A DNA stretch of 63,986 bases, filler included, from Licmophora abbreviata (lineage: Eukaryota): assembly GCA_900291995.1 (NCBI GenBank). It is 17 parts of 17 records of this genome, joined end to end, with 100 filler letters (N's around TTAATTAATTAA, not from the genome) between each part and the next. Parts side by side here need not be neighbours in the genome. Positions count along the whole stretch, not along the records: positions 10,113 to 14,882 come from OLMU01001079.1; positions 14,983 to 20,197 come from OLMU01001080.1; positions 20,298 to 28,545 come from OLMU01001081.1; 14 more parts are not named here. One strand, given 5' to 3'. Positions 11,130 through 21,596 of the stretch are shown here, piece by piece; the stretch's first letter is position 1, and each line of letters starts with the position of its first letter. A program made the translations under genes and the position numbers. The notes below the pieces were generated by a model. The model worked only from the letters and a program-made list of their open reading frames with translations, made no database searches and had not been told where the DNA came from.

Positions 11130-11912
11130 ATGACAGTCAAACAAAAGGTCGGCGCCTTCATCGACCGGCGCGCGGTGCAGAACTTCATCCTCGGGGTGAT
11201 CCTGTTCAATGCGGTCATTCTCGGGATGGAAACCTCGCCCGTCATCATGCAGGCCGCCGGTCCGCTGATCATCGTGCTGGATACGATCTGCCTGAGCATC
11301 TTCGTGATCGAGATCGCCGCCAAGCTTTTTGCGCGCGGCCCGATCGCGTTTTTCCGGAGCGGCTGGAACATCTTCGATTTCGTGATTGTCGCGATCTCGC
11401 TGATCCCAAGCGGTCAGGGCCTCAGCGTGCTGCGGGCGCTGCGCATCCTGCGTCTATTGCGGGTGTTGTCGGTCACGCCCTCGTTGCGCCGCGTGGTCGA
11501 GGGGCTGATGGCGGCGCTGCCCGGCATGGGATCGGTGTTCCTGCTGATGGGCATCATCTTCTATATCGCGTCGGTGATGGCCACGAAGCTGTTCGGCGTC
11601 ACCTTCCCCGAATGGTTCGGCACGCTTGGTCTGTCGGCCTATTCGCTGTTTCAGATCATGACGCTGGAATCGTGGTCCATGGGCATCGTGCGCCCGGTGA
11701 TGGAGGTCTATCCCCAGGCCTGGATGTTCTTCGTGCCCTTCATCCTTGTGACCACCTTTGCGGTGGTGAACCTTGTCGTCGGTCTGATCGTGAATTCGAT
11801 GCAGGACGCCCACCATCAGGAAGACGCTGCAAAAACAGACACATACCGCGATGAGGTGCTGCGCCGGCTTGACCGCATCGAAGCCTCGATGACCGATCGC
11901 AAATCCGGCTAA
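11130..11912 (+). CDS. Bacterial voltage-gated sodium channel (BacNav, NaChBac/NavAb family)
   Basis: Six TM segments; S4 LRALRILRLLRV; WNIFDF; selectivity filter TLESWSM. Confidence 0.93.
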   Translation: MTVKQKVGAFIDRRAVQNFILGVILFNAVILGMETSPVIMQAAGPLIIVLDTICLSIFVIEIAAKLFARGPIAFFRSGWNIFDFVIVAISLIPSGQGLSVLRALRILRLLRVLSVTPSLRRVVEGLMAALPGMGSVFLLMGIIFYIASVMATKLFGVTFPEWFGTLGLSAYSLFQIMTLESWSMGIVRPVMEVYPQAWMFFVPFILVTTFAVVNLVVGLIVNSMQDAHHQEDAAKTDTYRDEVLRRLDRIEASMTDRKSG

Positions 11913-11925
11913 GGGCGCGGCGCGC

Positions 11926-12855
11926 CTATCTCGACCGGGTGAGTTCCAGGAACACGTCCTGCAGGTCGGCCTGCTCGGTCTTGACGTCGCGAATGTGGAT
12001 ACCGGCATTGCGCACCGCTTCCAGCACAGCCTCGGCCGGGGTCTGGTGTGACTGGTAACTGAGCGCAAGCGAGCCGTCGGTGCGACGCTCCACCTCGATC
12101 CCCGGCGCCTCGGGCAAGGTGGTGACCTCGGTATCGGGATGAATGATCATCGTCTTGGAATCGAGCCGGTCGAGCAGGTTGGCGGTGCTGTCGCGCGCCA
12201 CAACCTGACCGGCGTTGATGATGGCGATCTCGTCGCACATCTCTTCGGCCTCTTCCAGATAGTGGGTGGTAAGGATCACGGTCATGCCGCGCTCATTCAG
12301 CCGCCTCACATTGGTCCAGAGCATCTGGCGCAACTCGATATCGACGCCCGCTGTCGGTTCGTCCAGCACAAGAACATGCGGGTTGTGCACCAATGCCTTG
12401 GCCAGAAGCAGCCGCCGCCGCATGCCCCCCGATAGGGTCCTTGCATAGGCCTCGGCCTTGTCTTCCAGCCCGACCAGCGCAAGGATCTCGTCGCTGCGGC
12501 GCTGTGACTTGGGCACGCCGTAAAGCCCCGCCTGCACCTCCAGTGCGGCGCGCGGCGTGAAGAACGGATCAAGGTTCAGCTCTTGGGGCATCACTCCGAT
12601 CGACGCGCGGCTCTGGCGGGGGTTCACATCCTGATCGAAACCCCAGATCGTGACCTGGCCCGCGGTCTTCACAACCAGCCCGGCAAGGATGTTGATGAGG
12701 GTCGATTTGCCCGCGCCGTTCGGTCCCAGTAGGCCAAAGACCGAGCCTGTCGGGATCTCCAGATCCACGCCCCGCAGAGCCGGTTTGGCCGGACTGCCCT
12801 TGCCGGCGGCATAGGTTTTTTCAAGACCTCGGATTTCGATGGCGTTCTCGCCCAT
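11926..12855 (-). CDS. ABC transporter ATP-binding protein (ABC-2 type; no adjacent permease)
   Basis: GPNGAGKST, LSGGM, LDEPT, TTHY. Confidence 0.93.
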   Translation of the reverse strand: MGENAIEIRGLEKTYAAGKGSPAKPALRGVDLEIPTGSVFGLLGPNGAGKSTLINILAGLVVKTAGQVTIWGFDQDVNPRQSRASIGVMPQELNLDPFFTPRAALEVQAGLYGVPKSQRRSDEILALVGLEDKAEAYARTLSGGMRRRLLLAKALVHNPHVLVLDEPTAGVDIELRQMLWTNVRRLNERGMTVILTTHYLEEAEEMCDEIAIINAGQVVARDSTANLLDRLDSKTMIIHPDTEVTTLPEAPGIEVERRTDGSLALSYQSHQTPAEAVLEAVRNAGIHIRDVKTEQADLQDVFLELTRSR

Positions 12856-12930
12856 GGCTGCCCTTGCCCCTGTCGTTCGGATCGCTCATATTCCGCACGT
12901 AGTGGAATTGCAGGCAAAAGGAAACGTCAG

Positions 12931-13119
12931 ATGGTTACGCAGGCACCCGAAACCCGGATCGTCGACAGCTATCGCATCGCCTGTGATGGCGGCGAAGGCG
13001 CGTTGGGACATCCGCGTGTCTGGCTGTCGATTGCCCGCGACAAGGGCTTCGTCGAATGCCCCTATTGCGATTGCAAGTTCATCCACCGCGATTTCGAAGG
13101 CCAGGTCCCCGCTGCCTGA
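12931..13119 (+). CDS. zf-CHCC zinc-finger protein (NDUFS6-like)
   Basis: CDGGEGALGHPRVWL...CPYC. Confidence 0.9.
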   Translation: MVTQAPETRIVDSYRIACDGGEGALGHPRVWLSIARDKGFVECPYCDCKFIHRDFEGQVPAA

Positions 13120-13855
13120 CCGCCGCGATCTTCTGATGTCCGGCGCCGCGGCGCTCGGGCTGGCCGGGCTTGGCTTTGCCGCCTGGCCCCGGCTCTCGGG
13201 TCTGCTCGCGCCGTCCTTCGCCTTCGAGCCGATCCCCGATCTGCCGGGGTTTCGCCGGATCGACGGATCGCCCTCAGCACCCGCAGCGCTCGCAGGCATC
13301 GAAGACAGCCAGCGGACCGACAGCGCATGGTCCGGCCTCTCGACCTGCGAGCTTCTCTACACCGAAGCCCGCGCGCCCGGTGACATCCCGCTCGCCTATT
13401 TCTCGGATTACCGATGCGGCTTCTGCCGCCGCCTCAGCCCGCGGCTTGCCGATCTGGCGCAAGCGCGTGGCGTCTCGCTCACCTGGCACGAGTTGCCTCT
13501 GCTCGGCCCCGCCTCGCTGCAGGCGGCCCGCGCCGCCTTGGCCGCGCGTCGTCAGGGTGCCTATGCCGCGTTCCACACAAGGCTGATGGACAGCTCTTTC
13601 GTGCCCAACCCCGCCTTTCTGCGCCGATTGGCGCAGGACGAAGGCATCGATCCCGACACGCTGATCGCCGACATGGACCATCCCGGCGTCAGTCGCCAGC
13701 TTGCCATCACGGCCGATCTTGCCCGGCGCTTCGGTTTTTTCGGCACGCCCGCTCTGGTGATCGGGCGCACGGCCTCGCTTGGGGCGATCCCGGATGCCCG
13801 GATCGACGCCCTGATCGCGCTCGAACGCTCCGAGCCCGCGCCGGCCTGCGCCTGA
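13112..13855 (+). CDS. DsbA/thioredoxin-family protein with a Tat-like signal (start uncertain: CTG 13112 or ATG 13136)
   Basis: DYRCGFC CxxC motif, ELPLLG, GTPA cis-Pro motif; RRDLL followed by a hydrophobic stretch. Confidence 0.8.
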   Translation: MPDRRDLLMSGAAALGLAGLGFAAWPRLSGLLAPSFAFEPIPDLPGFRRIDGSPSAPAALAGIEDSQRTDSAWSGLSTCELLYTEARAPGDIPLAYFSDYRCGFCRRLSPRLADLAQARGVSLTWHELPLLGPASLQAARAALAARRQGAYAAFHTRLMDSSFVPNPAFLRRLAQDEGIDPDTLIADMDHPGVSRQLAITADLARRFGFFGTPALVIGRTASLGAIPDARIDALIALERSEPAPACA

Positions 13856-13860
13856 GCCCC

Positions 13861-13940
13861 TGTTTCTTCTGGCTGCAAATATCCCGGGGGAGGCGTTGAA
13901 ATCCCTCTTGGGGGATTTCGACGTCGGGGGCAGGGCCCCC
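13861..13940 (+). repeat. Dispersed palindromic intergenic repeat family B, copy 1
   Basis: TGTTTCTTCTGGCTGCAAATATCCCGGGGGAGGCGTTGAAATCC...GGATTTCGACGTCGGGGGCAGGGCCCCC; near-identical inverted copy at 59451-59526. Confidence 0.85.
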
Positions 13941-14023
13941 ATCCTGTCCTTCCCGCTGGAAGCGCGCGGCGGTTCGTGGCAATACCGCATCGCAGGTCAT
14001 CGGCAATTCGCAAGGGGGCGATC

Positions 14024-16881
14024 ATGGGCAATTCATTCGGCAAGGGCTGTCACCTTCACCTGATCGACGGATCGGCCTTCATCTTTCGCGCCTATCACGC
14101 GCTGCCGCCGCTCACGCGCAAATCCGACGGTCTGCCGATCGGTGCGGTGTCGGGGTTTTGCAACATGCTGCAGCGCTATATCGACGGCAACAGCGCCAGC
14201 GCCGATGCGCCGACCCATATCGCGGTGATCTTCGACAAGGGCAGCCACACGTTCCGCAACGATCTTTATGATCTCTACAAGGCCAACCGCGAGGCCATGC
14301 CCGAGGATCTGCGCCCGCAGATCCCGCTGACCCGCCGCGCCACCGAAGCCTTCAATATCGCCTGCAAGGAAATCGAGGGTTATGAGGCCGATGACATCAT
14401 CGCGACGCTGGCCTGTCAGGCCCGTGATCTGGGCGGGCGCGTGACGATCATCTCGTCGGACAAGGACCTGATGCAGCTGGTGGGGGGAGGGGTCGAAATG
14501 TTCGACGCCATGAAGAACCGCCGGATCGATGTCGAAGGCGTGGAGGAGAAATTCGGTGTCGGCCCGGATCGCGTTGTGGATGTGCAGGCGCTGGCCGGTG
14601 ACAGTGTCGACAACGTGCCCGGCGCGCCCGGTATCGGCATCAAGACCGCTGCCTTGCTGATCAATGAATTCGGTAGTCTTGAAGAGCTTCTCGACCGCGC
14701 CGAGGATATTCCCCAGCCCAAGCGGCGCCAGACCCTGATCGAGAATCGCGCGCAGATCGAGCTGAGCAAGAAACTGGTGCAGCTGGATTGCGAGACGCCG
14801 CTGGATTTCACGCTGGACGATCTCGAACTGCGCGATCCCGACCCCGACACGCTGCTGACGTTTCTGGCGGAAATGGAGTTTCNNNNNNNNNNNNNNNNNN
14901 NNNNNNNNNNNNNNNNNNNNNNNNNNTTAATTAATTAANNNNNNNNNNNNNNNNNNNNNNNNNNNNNNNNNNNNNNNNNNNNACCAACCCGGCGGGCGCC
15001 AATCCGACCGAGGGCGATGCCGCCCCCGACTGGCCCGCCATCGATCCCGACAGCTATGAGCATGTCCGCGATATGGACGCGCTCGAGGCATGGATCGCCC
15101 GCATTCATGCCCGAGGCTTTGTGGCGGTCGATACCGAGACCACCTCGCTCAACGAGATGCAGGCGGCGCTTGTGGGGATATCTCTGGCGGTCGAGCCGGG
15201 GCAGGCGTGCTATATCCCGCTGCGCCATACCGAGGGCGCGTCGGGGGATCTCTTTAGCAGCGATGCGCTGGCCGAGGGGCAGCTTGATCTGGACGCCGTT
15301 CTTGGGGCGCTCAAGCCTGTGCTCGAGGATGACGCGATCCTCAAGATCGGGCAGAACATGAAATACGACGCGAAGATTTTCGCGCGTCATGGCATCACGG
15401 TCGCCCCCTTCGATGACACGATGCTGATGTCCTATGCGCTCAATGCCGGGATTCACGGACATGGCATGGATACGCTGAGCGAGCGGTATCTCAGCCACCA
15501 GCCGATCCCGATCAAGGACCTTCTGGGCACGGGGAAATCCGCCGTCACATTCGATCGTGTGCCCGTCGCCGATGCTGTGAAATACGCGGCCGAGGATGCC
15601 GATATCACCCTGCGCCTGTGGCATGTCTTCAAGCCGCAGCTGCACCGCGAGAAGGTGACCACCGTCTATGAAACGCTGGAACGCCCGCTGTCGCCGGTGC
15701 TGGCGCAGATGGAGCGGCACGGGATCAAGGTGGACCGCGAGACGCTGTCGCGCATGTCTGGCAAGTTCGCCCAGAAAATGGCGCAACTCGAGGAAGAGAT
15801 CCACGAGTTGGCAGGTCGCAAGTTCAATGTCGGCTCGCCCAAGCAATTGGGAGAGATCCTGTTCGACGAGATGGGGCTGGATGGCGGCAAGCGCGGCAAG
15901 ACCGGCGCCTATGCCACCGGCGCCGATGTTCTCGAGGATCTGGCGACTGAACATGATCTGCCTGCCCGCGTGCTGGACTGGCGTGCGCTGAGCAAGCTGA
16001 AATCCACCTATACCGACGCGCTGCAGGATCACATCGATCCTGATACGGGCCGGGTGCATACATCCTACGTGCAGACCGGCGCCACCACCGGGCGGCTGGC
16101 CTCGACCGATCCCAACCTGCAGAACATCCCCGTGCGCAGCGAGGAAGGCCGCCGCATCCGCGAGGCCTTCGTGGCCGAGAAGGGCAATGTACTGGTCAGC
16201 CTCGACTACAGCCAGATCGAGCTGCGCATCCTTGCCCATATCGCCGATATCGACGCGCTCCGACAGGCGTTCCGCGAGGGGCAGGACATTCACGCCATGA
16301 CCGCGTCCGAGATGTTCGACGTGCCATTGGACGAGATGACCCCCGAGATCAGGCGGCAGGCCAAGGCGATCAATTTCGGAGTGATCTACGGGATTTCCGG
16401 CTTTGGCCTTGCGCGTAACCTGCGCATTCCGCGCGGCGAGGCACAGGGCTTCATCGACCGCTATTTCGAAAGGTTCCCGGGCATCAAGACCTACATGGAC
16501 AAGACCGTCGACTTCGCGAAGGAGCATGGGTTCGTGCAGACCCTGTTTGGGCGCAAGATCCACACGCCCGAGATTTCAGCCAAGGGGCCGCGCGCGGGTT
16601 TCGCCCGCCGTGCCGCGATCAACGCGCCCATTCAGGGCACTGCCGCCGACATCATCCGTCGCGCGATGATCCGTATGCCCGCCGCGATCGAGGGGATGCC
16701 CGCGAAGATGCTTTTGCAGGTGCATGACGAATTGATCTTTGAAGTCGAGGACGGCGCCGCGGATACTCTGATCGCGACCGCGCGCGAGGTGATGGAAGCC
16801 GCCGCCGACCCGGCGGTCAAGATCGACGTGCCACTGGTTGTGGATGCAGGACAGGGCGCCAACTGGGCCGAGGCGCATTGA
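14024..16881 (+). CDS. polA: DNA polymerase I (interrupted by linker 14883-14982)
   Basis: 5'-3' exonuclease (LIDGS, EADD, GDSVDN), DTETT exonuclease, DYSQIELR, KAINFGVIYG, QVHDE. Confidence 0.97.
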
Positions 16882-16902
16882 GCCCGGCCCGACCGATCCG
16901 GC

Positions 16903-17640
16903 TTAGCCGCTGAAACGATAGTCGGGCAGGATATCGAGCGCCTCTTTCAGAGCATCTCCCCAGCCTTTGGAGACCTGTTGGAAATAGGGATCTTCGGGTT
17001 CGATCCGGCCCCGATGTCCGACACGCAGGCTGTCGGCCTCGTAGAAATGGAAATCGAAGGGCGGCCCAACGGTCAGATTGGCCTTGAGCGTGGAATCGAA
17101 GCTGACGACAAGCAGTTTCATCGCCGCTTCGAAGCTCATCGCAGGGTCATAGGCGCGCACGAGGATCGGCCGGCCATATTTGGTCTCGCCAATCTGGAAA
17201 AACGGTGTGTCCTGCCCGGATTCGATGAAATTGCCTTCGGGATAGATCATGAAGAGGCGCGGGGGGCTGCCGGCGATCTGCCCGCCAATGACCAGCGTCG
17301 CGTGAAACGCGCTGTCTGATCGCAGACCGCCATCGCCATGTTGTTCGATCACTTCGCGCAGGGTTTCCGCCACCATGCGCGCGGCCTGAAACATCGACGG
17401 CACCGCCAGAAGCGACGGCTCGCGATGTTCCGGCGATTTGCTGCGCTCATCCAGCAGGCTGACCACCGCCTGCGTCGTGGCAAGGTTGCCCGCCGCCATC
17501 AGAGTGATGACCCGCTCGCCCGGCTGTTCCCAGATCGTCATCTTGCGAAAGGTCGAGATATTGTCGAGCCCGGCATTCGTCCGGGTGTCTGACATGAACA
17601 CCAGTCCGCGATCCAGAACCATTCCCACGCAATATGTCAT
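16903..17640 (-). CDS. Proteasome-type protease Anbu (Ntn hydrolase)
   Basis: M-T-YCVG N-terminal Thr nucleophile, SDTRTNAG, AGNLATTQ, IYPEGNFI, QIGETKYG. Confidence 0.92.
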   Translation of the reverse strand: MTYCVGMVLDRGLVFMSDTRTNAGLDNISTFRKMTIWEQPGERVITLMAAGNLATTQAVVSLLDERSKSPEHREPSLLAVPSMFQAARMVAETLREVIEQHGDGGLRSDSAFHATLVIGGQIAGSPPRLFMIYPEGNFIESGQDTPFFQIGETKYGRPILVRAYDPAMSFEAAMKLLVVSFDSTLKANLTVGPPFDFHFYEADSLRVGHRGRIEPEDPYFQQVSKGWGDALKEALDILPDYRFSG

Positions 17641-17652
17641 CCAACTGGGCCT

Positions 17653-18461
17653 TTACTGCTGTGCCACGTCGATCTGCACCTGGAGTGTTTCGCCCGTGCC
17701 GCCGATCCGTGTTCCCGATACCGGAGACGCCTCGGCATAGTCCAGCCCGGTTGCGACACGCACATAGCGCGTATCCGGCGAAATTCCGTTGGACACATCG
17801 AAGCCGACCCAGCCAAGACCGTCCACATGCGCCTCGGCCCAAGCATGCATGGCGTCCTGTGCGGTGGTGTCGTCCAGCATCAGATACCCTGACACGTAAC
17901 GTGCGGGCATCTGCATCTCGCGTGCGCAGGCGAGGAAGATATGGGTGTGATCCTGACAGACGCCGCGCCCTGCGGCGATGGCATCCTCGGCGCTCCAGTT
18001 CGGTTCGGAGGCGCCGATCTCATAGGTCACGGCCTCGCGAATACCGGCGGAGAGCCGATGCATCCCCTCAAGATCGGGCGTGGCGCCGATGCTGCGCACA
18101 GGCCGCGCACCCCGGTTTTGATCCGGGTATGGGCCGTGTCGCGCAGATAGAGCCACAAGGGCGCAGGCCCGCGATGGGGGCCGACGATCCCGCCGGTATC
18201 CGTCATTTCGATATCGCCCTCGCTGATGACGCTGAGTTCGGTGGCGCCGGGTGCAAAGCTGATCAGTTCGGTGGTGTTGTGATGATAATCCTCGAAGCTG
18301 AGTTCCTTGCGGCCGTTCTCGACCTTGGTGCGCCATGACCGGATCGCTTGTTGCGGCGTGGATTTCGGGGTCTTGCGCAATTGCTGCAGCCCGTATTTCA
18401 CGGGCGTCTCGAAGCGGTAGCGGGTGGCGTGGCGGATTTTCAGGCGCATGGAGCCGCTCAT
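17653..18461 (-). CDS. Transglutaminase-like protein; apparent 1-bp frameshift near 18097
   Basis: N-terminus MRLKIRHATRY in one frame; GVCQDHTH, ARYVSGY, HAWAE, GFD triad in the other; ATGA overlap with the alpha-E stop. Confidence 0.88.
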
Positions 18462-19399
18462 TCGTAGAACCGGAAGTCGATTTCGATCTGTCGGGCGATC
18501 TGCCCCAGATGGTCGAGGATCTGCTGAATGCATTCATGCAGCCCGAATTCGAACACCGCAGCGATGTCATGCGACAGGTAGAGCCGTTCCAGCTGATCGA
18601 CCTGCTTGAGCGAGGGCAGGGGCGTTCGCTTGCCCTTGTGCAGATAGCGCAGATTGTCGCGCAGCTTGCCCACGCAGAACGCCAGGCTGCGCGGCATTCG
18701 CCGGTCGAGTACCAGGAATTCGGTGATCTCCCTGGGGCCGCCGCCGGCGCCGTATTCCATTCGGAAGCCGCCCCGCGCCGAGACCGAGCGCAGGATCGTC
18801 TCCCACTGCACATTGTCCAGTGACGTGCCCACCGCGCTGGCCGAGGGCAGCAGCACGTAATACTTCACGTCGAGGATGCGCGCGGTGTTGTCGGCGCGTT
18901 CCAGAAAGGTGCCGATCCGGGCGAAATCGTAGATCTCGTTGCGCAGCATGGTGCCATGCGTCATCCCCCGCACCAGCGCCGTCTGCTGCCGGATCGCGCC
19001 CAGAACGGCGGGCAGATCACGTTCCGATACCTTGCGCGCCAGAACCTCGCGGGTTTTCATGTAGGTGGCGTTCACGGCCTCCCAGACCTCGCCGGTCAGG
19101 GCGGTGCGCACCATGCGGGCGTTCTGCCGGGCGGCTTCTATGCAGGACAGCACCGAAGAGGCATTGGAGCGCGACCGCAACAGCCAGTCGATCGCGGCCT
19201 CCTTGGTGACGCTGTCGTTCTCGGCCCGAAACGCATCCAGCGCGCCGGCGGATTGCAGCACCGAGATCCATTCCCCATCCCCATCGGTCAGGCGCGTCAG
19301 CGCAATGCGCTGTCCTGTCTCGATCAGGCGGGCGGTATTTTCGGCCCTTTCCAGATAGCGATACATCCAGAACAGCCCGTTTGCGGTTTTTCCCAGCAT
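18458..19399 (-). CDS. Alpha-E domain protein (DUF403)
   Basis: Two ER motifs (RYLERAENTAR, TFLERADNTAR), ARQNAR, MPRSL. Confidence 0.9.
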   Translation of the reverse strand: MLGKTANGLFWMYRYLERAENTARLIETGQRIALTRLTDGDGEWISVLQSAGALDAFRAENDSVTKEAAIDWLLRSRSNASSVLSCIEAARQNARMVRTALTGEVWEAVNATYMKTREVLARKVSERDLPAVLGAIRQQTALVRGMTHGTMLRNEIYDFARIGTFLERADNTARILDVKYYVLLPSASAVGTSLDNVQWETILRSVSARGGFRMEYGAGGGPREITEFLVLDRRMPRSLAFCVGKLRDNLRYLHKGKRTPLPSLKQVDQLERLYLSHDIAAVFEFGLHECIQQILDHLGQIARQIEIDFRFYE

Positions 19400-19405
19400 C
19401 GCGCG

Positions 19406-20865
19406 TCAGTCCTCCAGCACCCAAGTGTCCTTGGTGCCGCCGCCCTGCGACGAGTTCACCACCAGTGATCCTTTCTTGAGCGCGACGCGTGTCAGGCCGC
19501 CGGGTGTCACCTTGATCCCCTCGGGACTGACCAGAACGAAGGGCCGCAGATCGACATGCCGCGGCACCAGCCCGGTGCGCGAAAAGATCGGCACGGTGGA
19601 CAGGCTGAGGGTCGGCTGCGCGATGTAATTGCCGGGCCGGGCCATCAGCTTCTTGCGAAATGCGGCGATCTCCTTGCGGGTCGCGGTCGGCCCGATCAGC
19701 ATGCCGTAACCACCCGAGCCATGCACTTCCTTGACCACCAGATCCGAAAGATTGTCCAGCACATGCGCCAGATGGCCAGGATCCGAACAGCGCCATGTCG
19801 GCACGTTCTGAAGAAGGGGGCGTTCGCCGGTATAGAACTCGACGATCTCGGGCATGTAGGAATAGACCGCCTTGTCATCGGCGATCCCCGTGCCGGGTGC
19901 GTTGGCGATCGTGATGCCGCCCGCGCGGTAGACATCCATGATCCCCGGCACGCCAAGCTGACTTTCGGGATTGAAGTTGAGCGGATCGAGAAAATCGTCA
20001 TCGACCCGGCGATAAAGCACGTCAACGGGCTTGTAGCCGCGTGTGGTGCGCATCGCGACACGCCCGTCCACCACCCGCAGATCATGCCCCTCCACCAGCT
20101 CGACCCCCATCTGATCGGCCAGGAACGCATGTTCGAAATAGGCTGAATTGTAGATCCCGGGCGTCAACACCGCCACGACCGGCGCGTCCGCGCTGCCNNN
20201 NNNNNNNNNNNNNNNNNNNNNNNNNNNNNNNNNNNNNNNNNTTAATTAATTAANNNNNNNNNNNNNNNNNNNNNNNNNNNNNNNNNNNNNNNNNNNNGGT
20301 TCTGGCTGAACAATTCGGGGAACATCTGCAGCATGGTCTCGCGGTTTTCCAGCATGTAGCTGACACCCGACGGCGTGCGGGCGTTGTCTTCGAGCACATA
20401 GAATTCCCCGGCCCCGGTACAGACCAGATCGATGCCGACGATATGCGTATAGACCCCGCCCGGAGGGCTGACATTGATCATCTGCGGCACGAAAGCGTCA
20501 TTGCGGCTGATCATGTCCTCGGGGATGCGCCCGGCCTTGATGATCTCCTGCCCATGATAGATGTCATGCAGGAAAGCGTTGATCGCGCGCACCCGCTGTT
20601 CGATGCCGCGCGACAGCTTGAGCCATTCCGATCCCGAGATGATGCGCGGGATGATGTCGAAGGGGATCAGGCGTTCCTCGGCCTCGGCGCGGCCATAGAC
20701 GTTGAAGGTGATGCCCGTCAGGCGAAACAGCTCTTCGGCCTCGCGTTGCTTGGCGCGCAGGCGCGTCGGATCTTCATCCCCAAACCAGTCGTGAAACTTG
20801 CGGTAAGCCGGGCGCAATGACCCGTCATGTCCCCACATTTCGTCGAAAGTCGTCGTTTCGTTCAT
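19406..20865 (-). CDS. Circularly permuted type 2 ATP-grasp protein (interrupted by linker 20198-20297)
   Basis: [61 protein letters not shown]. Confidence 0.92.
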
Positions 20866-20963
20866 TATTGGCCCCCAACCTCTTTCGAGGACGCCCCAGA
20901 TTAGTCCGATCGTCACGGGGTACGCCTGTTTCATGCGCGCGGCACCGGATCAGCCTGGAAGTA

Positions 20964-20999
20964 TGCACAATTGTTGGCGCGTTCGCACAATAAATGACC
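20964..20999. promoter_or_regulatory. Tandem NtrC-like sites upstream of the ATP-grasp/Anbu operon
   Basis: TGCACAATTGTTGGCGC and CGCACAATAAATGACC; GCACAAT repeated 20 bp apart. Confidence 0.35.
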
Positions 21000-21149
21000 T
21001 GTTTTGAAATTCTTGGCTGCAGGAGGTGCTTGGCCCGGGCCGAACGCTGCCGCTTCCGGGCACCGGAGCGCCGGTCATGTGCCGCGCCGATTTTGCGAAT
21101 CATCTAGGGCCATGCAACCTTGTCACGCCAAGTTGCAGAAAGGCCCGTG

Positions 21150-21569
21150 ATGCCCCGTGAAACCAAGCTCATCCTCTGTCCGGTCAATCTTCGCCACGTG
21201 AAGTTCGAATATCACGCCTATCAGGAAGCCGTCGAAATGGCGCAGCGCCGTGGTGCCAAGCTGATCGTCGCCACCGTGGCCCCCGAGATCGAGAGGAACC
21301 TGAACATCTACGATTCAGGACAGTATTGGGGCGATGAGCTGAAGAAATTCATTGCCTCCCAGCCCGCCGAAGGGGTCGAGATAGAAACCGTCGTTTGCAA
21401 GGGCGCGGTGCATCGGCAGATCGTCAAGCTGGCGACCGCCCGAAAGGTCGATATCATCGTGATGGACGCCGCCAATCCCAAGGTTCAGGATTATCTTCTG
21501 GGCACCACGGCCAGCCATGTGGTCACCCATGCCGAATGCTCGGTCTACGTGGTGCGCAATCCGTCCTGA
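21150..21569 (+). CDS. Universal stress protein (UspA family)
   Basis: ILCPV N-terminus, DIIVM, LLGTTASHVV...CSVYVVR. Confidence 0.88.
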   Translation: MPRETKLILCPVNLRHVKFEYHAYQEAVEMAQRRGAKLIVATVAPEIERNLNIYDSGQYWGDELKKFIASQPAEGVEIETVVCKGAVHRQIVKLATARKVDIIVMDAANPKVQDYLLGTTASHVVTHAECSVYVVRNPS

Positions 21570-21596
21570 TCGCTGCGCGATTCCTGCAGGAGGCGG

